Source: Ramazzottius varieornatus
Taxonomy: Eukaryota > Animalia > Tardigrada
Direction of reading: 5' to 3'
Length of the DNA stretch: 64,000 bases
Assembly (NCBI GenBank): GCA_001949185.1
Contig: BDGG01000008.1
Span: 1,054,001-1,118,000, forward strand
A program made the translations under genes and the position numbers. The notes under the pieces are model-generated. The model searched no databases. It was given only the letters and a program-made list of their open reading frames with translations, and was not told where the DNA came from. Below, one piece after another: positions 12,801-21,726 of the stretch (position 1 is the first letter of the stretch; every line of letters starts with the position of its first letter).

Positions 12801-15800
12801 ACGCTGGTGTCGGTGGTCAAATCGCCGCAACTGGAACCACAACCAACGGAGGTGAGATCAGAAAGCCAAGAGAAATGTATGATACTGATAGATTAGGTCT
12901 CATTTTTGGGGTTTGGTAATTGCAGGCCAAGATCCATCGGACAGTTCGCAAGTGGTCACCAATGGTGACTCGGACACGAATGTCAAGTCCTCTTTGGCAA
13001 CTTCATCGAAGAACGAAGCAGAAGCCAAGCGCATCTTGATCGTGTCGAACCGTCTGCCAGTCAAGATTACACGCAAGGGAGACGACATGCAGTTCCAGTC
13101 TAGTGAAGGTGGCTTGGCGACTGGCTTGGGAACCATCTACCAGTCGGGCAACAACTTGTGGATTGGATGGCCCGGCGCCGTCTTACACCAGGTAAGAAGA
13201 AATCAGAGCGGAGATAGCATCCAGAGAATATTTGGAACCAGGCAAACAAAGTCGTCAAGATAGTTTTCCCAGGTGGCGCACGCTCCCAGCTAATGACACC
13301 GCAAACGTACGCCAGTTGGTAAACCATTTTTGTTAAGTTTATGTGACGAGCTTTCATTCATGGTTTGGGTTGTGATGATAGGAAGAGGAAGCTTCTGTGA
13401 CGGAGAAACTGGAAAAGTTGAACCTTCGGCCGGTCTTCTTGACTGACGAGGAGATCACTTACTACTATGAAGGCTTTTCCAACGAGACCTTGTGGCCGCT
13501 GTTCCATTACTTCCCGACCTACGCCACGTACCAGCCGAAAGACTACGACTTCTACGAGAGCGTCAACAAGAAGTTCGCTGATGCCATCTTGGCCATCGCG
13601 CAAAAGGACGACATTATCTGGATCCATGACTATCAGCTGCTGCTGGTCCCGAACTTGATTCGCCAGGCGTTGCCGGAAGTCACTATTGGGTAATTTGTCG
13701 TTTTAACTGGGTTTTTCTGAAACCTGGAAGCCCGCAGATAAGTTCACCCAGATCGTTTTTCAAGTGACAAAAACGATGAAACCGCGCGCCACTTGAAGAC
13801 GAAGTGGTGAAATCATTTGCCGACGTCGCAGTTTATTCTATGGTCGAAAGTATTCATTCGTCTTTTTCTTTCTAGATATTTCAACCATATCCCCTTCCCG
13901 TCGTTCGAGCTCTTCCGTCTCATCCCGTGGCGAAAGGAGCTGTTGGAAGGAATGCTGGGTGCCGACGTCATTGGGTTCCACACTTACGACGATGTCCGCC
14001 ATTTCATCTCCACAGTCATCCGCATCAAGGGAGCCCTTTCGTACGCCAATGAGCTAACCTACAACGATCGCATCATTGCTGTCGACGCCTTCCCCATCAG
14101 TATTGACTACAAGAAATACCAGTAAGTCGTGAACTCTAAGCCTCAAATTTCATTGGCTGTTTTCCGCAGAAAAACAGCCAATGAAATTTGAGGCACTGGA
14201 ACTCAGGGCCGTGCCCATGAGGATGATTGATACTTTGAATTTCTTGCATCTTTCTATGTTTTCGTCTTATATGGTTATCTTGTTCAGGTCTCAGGCAGTT
14301 GACATCGCGACACGATGCCTGGAACGCGAGCTGCTGCCAGTTATCCCTCAAGGAAAGCATTTGCTGTCCATCGATCGTCTGGACTACAGCAAAGGCATCA
14401 CCCAACGTCTTCAAGCCTTCGAAGTCTTCTTAGAACGGTACCCAGAATGGCACGGCAAGATGACGCTGATGCAGCTGGTGGTTCCTTCTCGCGACACGGT
14501 ACCGCAGTACAAGGAGCTGAAGGAAGAGATCAACCGGCGCGTCAGCGACATCAACGGCAAGTATGGCACGCTGACTTGGCAGCCTATCCAGCACTTTTAC
14601 CGCTCCTTCCCACTCCCTCTTCTGTCGGCCATGTACAAGATTGCCGACGTGGCGCTGGTCTCACCCATGCGAGATGGGATGAACCTGGTGTGTAAAGAGT
14701 ACGTGGCTAGTCGAACTGACGGTGACGGTGTGCTGATCTTGAGTGAGATGGCTGGTGCGTCGCGAGAACTGTCGGACGCCATCTTGATCAACCCCAACGA
14801 CATTTGGGCCTTTGCACAAGCCATCCATGAAGCGCTGAGTATGCCGGAGGAAGAACAGCGACGAAGAATGTCGGCTATGCAGGCGACCGTCTCGAGGTAA
14901 TGCATCTTTCTTTTGGGCACGGCCCTGAGGTGCACTGGATCGACATAACAAGGCCGTGTTGAAAATAGATTGCGGTAAATCAAAAGTCTGGGAATCGTAA
15001 CTGATTGTTGTCCGTTTTGTAGGTTTGATATCCACAACTGGGTCGCCAACTTTATGGCTAAGCTGTCGCAGATGAAGAAGCGCCAAGATGATATGCGGAC
15101 GCGTGTCATTTCGGGACCGATGAAAACCAAGATGATTCGTCGCTATAAGAACGCCAGCGATCGCCTCCTCATCCTCGACTACGATGGCACCTTGGTTGGC
15201 TTCCAGAAGCGACCCGAAGACGCCAAACCTGACGCCCCACTCATCCAGATCTTGAAAGGTAAATTTTTGTCGTAGAATCTGACGGAAGAACCAACAGAGG
15301 AATGTAGTATTGAATTTTTTAACAGATATGGTCGCTGACAAGAACAACACGGTTCTGATCCTCTCGGGCCGAGATCACAACACGCTCGAGCAATGGCTGG
15401 GTCAGTTGGGTATCGCCATCATCGCTGAGCATGGTGCGTGGTACAAGGACGTGGGTGCTGAGTGGAAGAGCCGAAATGACATTGGCGATGCCTGGAAGGA
15501 CGACGTTCGCAACGTCATGATGCTGTACACTAACCGCACTCCCGGAAGCTTCATCGAAGAGAAATCCTACTCCCTCGCCTGGCACTATAGGAAAGCCGAA
15601 GTGGAACTGGGCCAGTTGCGAGTCAGTGAGCTGACTACGGATCTGCGACACCACATTGCGGACCGAGGACTGCAGGTAGAATATAGGTTTTTCTTGATAG
15701 GGAAGAGGATAAATTTACGGCACGGCCCTGTTAAGATCCTGACTCAAATCAGGCCGTGCCCAGACTAATGACGAATTTGCCCATTTCTGAATGTTTTGCT

Positions 15801-16077
15801 GTTGTAGATTCTTCATGGAGATAAGGTGTTGGAGGTGAAGAGTGTAAGCGTCAACAAGGGTAGAGCGGCCAGAAGATGGTTGGAAAAAGCAGATTTTGAC
15901 TTCATCCTGGCGGCTGGAGATGACTACACCGACGAGGATACCTTCAAGGCCATGCCTCCGGATGCCATCACCATCAAGGTCGGCAAAGAGTTCTCGGCGG
16001 CCACCTACTTCTTGGCCAACTACAAGGAAGTGCGAGCCTTGCTGCAGGATTTTATCAAGGCTGGTTCAAGCCAGTAA
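9820..16077 (+). CDS. TPS: Bifunctional trehalose-6-phosphate synthase/phosphatase (GT20 + HAD), bacterial-type, with ~405-aa N-terminal extension; ~1133 aa, 13 exons
   Basis: Exons 9820-10014, 10165-10297 (GC donor), 10459-10619, 11988-12264, 12347-12477, 12632-12851, 12926-13191, 13382-13689, 13876-14121, 14288-14896, 15023-15258, 15326-15675 and 15808-16077 join with consistent phases (3402 nt). Motifs: IVSNRLP, GGLATGL, YYEGFSNETLWPLFHY, WIHDYQL, HIPFPS, DRLDYSKGI, RDGMNLVCKEY; HAD motifs LDYDGTL, LSGR, AEHG, GDDYTDED. The catalytic part is high confidence; joining of exons 1-6 is somewhat less certain. Confidence 0.92.
11182..11239. repeat. 27-bp tandem duplication in TPS intron 3
   Basis: AAAGCTCTTGGGCATCTTCATTTTCCC followed by AAAGCTCTTGGGCATCTTCATTTTCTC. 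Confidence 0.9.
11813..11901. promoter_or_regulatory. Imperfect ~27-bp-arm inverted repeat with two CACGTG E-boxes followed by TATATA, in TPS intron 3
   Basis: TGCATCCCTTGCGGTGATCACGTGGTC ... GGCCACGTGGACCACCGGAAGGGATGCA. CACGTG at 11831 and 11869, TATATA at 11896. The inverted repeat is seen directly; a regulatory role is only inferred. Confidence 0.35.
13256..13331. repeat. Family A palindromic repeat (inverted copy) in TPS intron 7
   Basis: CAAGATAGTTTTCCCAGGTGGCGCACGCT matches the reverse complement of the right arm of the 37621-37699 copy. Confidence 0.65.
13743..13811. repeat. Family A palindromic repeat (internally deleted) in TPS intron 8
   Basis: TTCACCCAGATCGTTTTTCAAGTG ... CACTTGAAGACGAAGTGGTGAA. 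Confidence 0.6.
14140..14194. repeat. Perfect 24-bp-stem hairpin in TPS intron 9
   Basis: GCCTCAAATTTCATTGGCTGTTTT-ccgcaga-AAAACAGCCAATGAAATTTGAGGC. Confidence 0.95.
14914..14961. repeat. ~50-bp hairpin repeat, family B (GGCACGGCCCTG..CAGGCCGTGCC)
   Basis: TGGGCACGGCCCTG-21nt-CAAGGCCGTGTTG. A similar copy lies at 15719-15762 and a lone arm at 14202-14217. Confidence 0.7.
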
Positions 16078-16381
16078 ATACTTGGTGTGATACAGTACCT
16101 TGCGACATTGGTCGTCAGTTTTGTCCTATCTTTCAACTGTGAAATGAGCGCACTGAATAGCTTTGGTTGTGAAGCTTACTCTGCTTGTATAACTTTGAAC
16201 GAATGCACTGTTGGATCTTTGCTTAGTCTGTTCTTTCTGTCCCTTCGCTTGGTTGGAAGAGTGTAAGTTCTGCTGTTTGAGTCTTCATCCAACATCTTGA
16301 TACTCTTTTTTGGCACCGTTAGTTGGAAAACAAACAGCAAGTTGTATTCTCCCCTCTGTTCCCGCGCTTTCGGGTAACGTA

Positions 16382-17473
16382 CAGTATGATTCAGCCAAGT
16401 TGACCCCATGACCGTTTTCTTTCCTTGGAAAATTTCAATTTCTTTGTCAGCTGATTTGTTTTTCCAACAAATTTGGCAAACTATTGCTTATGTTTTAATC
16501 TAACCTGAAAGCTAATCGAGTGAAATCTGACTTTGGAAGAAAATTCCAAAGTAGATCTACAAGAGGGTCCAAAACACTCGTTATCAACCGTGGCGTGCAA
16601 ACTGAAACTGTAGTCCTACCAACTTCTGTACGCGTACTATTAATAAATGTGTACAAGAGGTTGTTTTATCTGGGTGAGTCAAAAGAAAAAATATTGAACC
16701 AATGTCGCGGGGAGAACTGGCCCAAAACTGCCAATTTTCGGTTTTCTCCCCCTTTCGAAAACGCGCCAACGGGAGCCTTCTTGTCGACGAAGAAGCCTAC
16801 TTTTCTCTTCAAGGATAGACCCATGTTTGTAGTATCTAAGCTCTTAGTGTTGAGCAGTTCTTATGCCTCGGGGTTGCGGAGGGATTTGCCAAGTGAAGGG
16901 GTAAGAATCCATAGAAGCAGTCTTCGCGCTGTGCAGTGATCGAAATTTGAAATGGGCCATATTTTTCTGTTCACCAATTCTCCAGCAACGCTTGCAGGAA
17001 ACAGATGATGTAAAAGTTTGGCTATTTTTCAACATGAAGATCACTTGATGAAACTTGTTTTGTCTTGAGAAAACGCTGCCCGAAAAGTCTTCAGGCTAGC
17101 GCGACTTTCTCGATAATACGTCCCTATCACGATTTCTCATAGCTCTGATAGATATAGTTTAAGACAGATCAACGTTTTATCAATCTTTTAATACCCCGTC
17201 ATTCATATGAGTTGTGGAGGAGAAATTTTCGATTGATTTTTTGCTACAGGGAAGCCGGGCGCCTATTTAGTGTCCGACCACCTCTTTAGCCTACCAAGGC
17301 TTCGTTCTGGCCCAAGCAAAAATTTCAAAAGCGCTTTCCAGGATTGAAAATAAGCTTGTTTGGTACCAAATTGAGTGCACTATCATTTAAAAACAATGCT
17401 GACCTTGTTTGAGATGTTTTCGAGTAGTGAGAACTGTTCTACGAAACAGGGTCAACTTGGCCGAATCAGACTG
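16382..17473. mobile_element. Tc1/mariner-type non-autonomous element
   Basis: TA|CAGTATGATTCAGCCAAGTTGACCC ... GGGTCAACTTGGCCGAATCAGACTG|TA: 23/25 TIR, CAGT start, TA duplication inside ACGTACGT. AT-rich interior with no transposase ORF. Confidence 0.85.
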
Positions 17474-17707
17474 TACGTACTGAAGGAGCATAGCTACAAC
17501 AGCTACACGTCTTTGATCATTCCAGAAGAAATAAAGGATGGAAGGTGACGAAGTAAGAATAACACCGAAGTGATTTGTTTACAGTGATTTTAGCTATCGG
17601 CGTAAGATAGCAATAAAACTTTAAGTAATGGAAATCAAAGAAACGAGCCGGTTATCTTCTACCTATGAATGGCGATGGTAATTCGGAACTGACGAATAAA
17701 TTTAGGG

Positions 17708-18983
17708 TTATTCAGCAAAGGTGGTCTTCGACCTCTTCGCGGGAACAAAGCGAACTGCGCGAATTATGGGAACAGAGTAAAAGTCCCAGTTCTTTAGTAG
17801 AGGCGAATTTAACTGGCCGAACGACTTGCGCATATCGTTGTCCAACTTTGCCTGTATTTCATGGAAATCCATACGTGGAAATTCACGAAAGCCTTTCGGA
17901 GCATTCACTATCTTGATCAAGTCGCTGCGAGACGCTCCGTGACTGTTGGATACTTCGCACCATACCCATCCAGAAGGCGATCCGATAAAGTTTAACTCAA
18001 TTCCTACGCTGCTTCCGCTCCATCCTGGCTTGTCATCTCCTCCTCCGTCTTTATCCTGGGTCCACCAGGTCACTTCAGGCTCGGGAAACCCCGGAAAAGT
18101 GTCGTTAACGATACAGCGGAAGCTGGAACCTTTCTCTGCTTCGTAGACCTTGACGCCATTTTCGATCCTCGCTTCTGGCTGATCAGCTACCAAGCTAGGT
18201 TTCCCTGGAACATCTGAAAGCAGACAAGGCAAGTTTTCCGTACATCAAAAGCTCAGACAACGATAGGGCAATGCTGAGCTAAGTGCGCGAGTGAAACCGA
18301 GCAACATTCTTACGAGGAAGTGAAATATTGAAGACTGCCCGATGAAGAATGACTCTCATTGTTCCCCACGGATGAACATTAGGAACTAACAAACCGTGAT
18401 GTTCCCAAACGGAAAGTGAGGGTATGGTTACTGTACAGGAGAAGTTAGAAGACGAGTCGCCGCTACCAGTCTGGATGAAATCTTGGCGCAGATATCGGTA
18501 CTTGTATACTGGCACATCCCTCTTGAGCAGTTTCTCTATTTGCCAAATACACATAAACTGATGCTCCAAAGGCTCATTTGGATCAGCCGAAGAAAAGTTC
18601 CTTCGGATGTAATCAGTGATAATCTTCTTCGGGAATTCCACGCTGATTTGCTCGCCACATGAGCCGATATCCGCGCTACCGAAGCCGAGATATGTGACGT
18701 TCTTTATCGGCGGCGGCGTGCCATAGTACGTTTGTCCTCCCTGGAGCCTGTCAACCGTCGTGTTGATCTTGCGGTCCATGAGAGCTTCATGGGCTGTATA
18801 GAAACGGTCAAACGGATAGCACGGTTGATATTTGATAAGCTTTTTAAGCTTTTTCGGACTTACTCTGGTCGCGTCGCGCAAAGTCTGCTTTTTGTCGGGA
18901 AGAGGATCACTTTTAAGAGTCGGTATTGATGTTTTTCGTCTTCTGACCAATGGGTTACTGATTGACCCACTGTTTTTTGCCAT
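17708..18983 (-). CDS. Orphan protein with immunoglobulin-like domain(s)
   Basis: Two long ORFs join through a phase-1 GT-AG intron (~18313-18214). Ig pattern FRCIV..PGFPEPEVTWW..GWVWCEVSNSHG. The 5' end is uncertain. Confidence 0.5.
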
Positions 18984-19524
18984 GGAAAATTATGGTTATC
19001 GTCTGCAACTCTTAAAAGTTTGAAAACTGACACGCCATTGAAAAGATCAAAAGCAGACAGGAAAAGAAACACGTGAATGGCAGACAGCTATCAGTCTGCA
19101 AATACGTCAGTTATTAGCTCCGCCCGTCGAAATGATGCGCAATGTGACGAGTGCAGTGGTGCGCGTCTGCGCACCACTTAGTCAGCTTCCACTCTTGTTA
19201 CTGTCGGCTTCCGGTAGCTGGCAGTCTTATAGTTGCCAAAAAGTAGAGTCTTTTTCCCTTGGGTAGTTATGATTCTCTCTGCCACTGGCCCACTGCTGGA
19301 ACGTGAGAGTTGGGAGATGGGGAAGGCGGAGAGCGACTGCAACTTACAATACCGAAAACGGTGTCACGACTCAGACTCACGAGGTTATTTTTCTGAAGTT
19401 CCGATGAGATCGCAGCCGTCTTGTTTTCGTTTTTCATAGGAAGGTATAAATAGTGATTGGTCGACAGACGGATAACGTCATGGTTAACACTTGTAATACC
19501 GGGCAATTTCATGCTGGCAGAATA

Positions 19525-20304
19525 CCGCGGGTACAACTGAGTTTCGCAGCTTTTTAACTGGCTGGAAGCGCGATAGAGGCGTGTACAGACCAATCACGGT
19601 GCTCCCCCATGAAGTTGCGAATGTTACTGCGCAAAACCAACGTAATGTTCCGCCACATGACCGGGGTACGCCAATGTATTACATTTTATTTTTCGCTACA
19701 CTTATTTCGATTTCTTCTTGCTGCAATCTAAACAAACAACACTCTTCTTCGTTAATCTGTGCGCTGCACAAACATGAACGTTACATGAGCCACAAACAAC
19801 CATCGTTCTTCGCTCAGTCTTTCTGGGACAGGGCAATGCGTAAAAAGGCAATGCGTAAAACAGAAATCTGAAAAATCGAATTTACTTCTTGCCAACTTGG
19901 CGGCGCCACCAGTGGTAGTATCATTCGTGACGTCATGGGCCCGCCATATGTCGAAACACCACGAGCAACTTGCGATTTTTCGTCTGACCACTGGACAACC
20001 GCTAGTTGGACGCTGGAGATATAATGTTGTAAAGAAGTGATTGGGAGTTGTTCTGAATTTTTTTCCAGCTGTTGAAACGCTTGGCGCGTGAAGGAGGACC
20101 TGGAACATGTGTTGGGAGCAGTTTGCCCTCGAACCTTGTAAAATATTTCTAATTTCGTACGTAGTGTTTAGCCAGCGGTCACCAGCTACATGTCACAGAG
20201 AACTTGCCACTACAGGCAAACAAAAATACTGAACCGCCAAAGCTGCACAGGAAGTGATTTGCGGTCAGGTAACCGTGCGCTGCGAAACCGAGTTGTACCC
20301 CCGG
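19525..20304. mobile_element. TA-flanked MITE (Tc1/mariner superfamily)
   Basis: TA|CCGCGGGTACAACTGAGTTTCGCAGC ... GCTGCGAAACCGAGTTGTACCCCCGG|TA (23/26 TIR). Confidence 0.75.
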
Positions 20305-20533
20305 TATTATGAGTGCTAACCTCCGCCAAAATGGCGGGGCCGCAGTAACCGGAAACCCCCACCTCACGGCCACCTGTGCAGCTGTGCATCAGCCGACAGC
20401 CATGAGCCATTAAGTCCCCGAATTATAAACTTACTTCCCAATATAGAAAAGCTCGCTATAAAAGAACTATCTGCGCACTGGTCATTGAATTGAAGCGACT
20501 GCAACATAGACGGGTAAGATTTTCAGACTCTAG

Positions 20534-21395
20534 CACAAGTAATTGAAGAACATGAAATTTCCATCCTCCAGGCTGCATTGTCTACGTAGTAAGTACCACC
20601 TTGGTAGTTGGTACGACCTTAATTCCGGTCGGTGGGGAGCACTATTCCCTCCATTATAGAATCTCGCGATGAGATCTCGGGTGTATCAGATACCAGGAAA
20701 CTCAAATTTCCTTGCTATACATATCTAGCGATTGACAGATCCCGGGATATGTGCACAATGCCCGGGAGCATGAAATCTCGCGGAATCTTACCTGGCGCGG
20801 CATGCATGTCCAGTTCCAGACAACCCGTCAAAAAACTCCCTGAGAACCCTTCGAAAATTCTAGGGAATAGTATTTCTGTGAAGGCTCAGTTTTGGGATCC
20901 GTAAATCTTTGTACGTCTCATTTGAATAAGCTCACTGTAGCTCATGGCAGTTGACCAGTTGTGTACACTTACTGTGTCGTACTCTATTAATTTTGAAATA
21001 TTTCCCTCCAGCTGCATTGTGAGGGATTTATGCTCCCCACCAGTTGGATTTCTTCTCACAATTTGCCATTGTTCCTGTGCTGCACGCTCCCGGGTATTTC
21101 TGAGCTTTCGCCAAATTAAATGACATCGCTTGAAACATTCCATGTACAAGAGTAACACCGAGTTTTTAGTCCGCGGCTGGCCGCCGGGATTTTTCAAGAT
21201 TTTCCAGGATTTGAGGGGCACGAGATTTGCTACCACCGGGATTTGCTACGTAGGAGATTTTAGTTCACGGGATTTTGAGCTGCCCGGGATTAATTACCAC
21301 CGGGCTTGCATCCCGGAAATGGTGGGTCCCGGCAATTTTTAATTCCGGGATTTCGGACCGGTAGTGGTCCGGTACCTTCCGGTCCGGTACTTGTG
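20534..21395. repeat. Degenerate foldback-like repeat with ~15-16 bp CGGGATTT subunits
   Basis: The right part (21184-21355) has periodic CGGGATTT/CGAGATTT units and the left part (20660-20870) has complementary ATCTCG/ATCCCG units. Short CACAAGTA/TACTTGTG ends; boundaries uncertain. Confidence 0.45.
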
Positions 21396-21726
21396 ATGTA
21401 ATGGATGTCTCATCAGTCAAATTGGTCATGTCATGTGCAGTCATCTCATAAGGGCATGACTGGATGTGCAATGTTGTGTTTCGAGTTTCTTTCTTTTCGA
21501 GTTTCGATGTTTTCTTTCGAGAACGTAGATATCTTCTTCCTCACGGCACTGTTGAAGACCTTGGTAAGTGAGCTGAAGTCTGCTGGACAGAGGTTGAAAA
21601 GTCTTCAGAGACTCGATCCTAGAACGGCGTATGATAGGGAGAGCGTGGAGTAGTCTGATTGTGGTTAGTGGTGTTGGCGTCGTGGTCGCTGTCGGTCTTA
21701 AACGGTCAGTCACTCATTCCTCCAAG

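Noticed and set aside
14204-14927. hAT-like element (CAGGGCCG..CGGCCCTG) enclosing TPS exon 10
   Set aside because: No 8-bp TSD (CTGGAACT vs AGGTGCAC); the arms are better explained as parts of separate family B hairpins.
14597-15350. Long antisense ORFs over TPS (and similar ones over NAT10 and DHTKD1)
   Set aside because: Shadows of codon bias in the real genes; they cross introns and show no motifs.
19155-19178. 10-bp GC-rich hairpin as a Helitron 3' end
   Set aside because: No properly spaced CTRR terminus and no second copy.
20785-20800. U1 snRNA-like start (CTTACCTGGCG)
   Set aside because: The match ends after about 12 nt, with no U1 stem-loops or Sm site.
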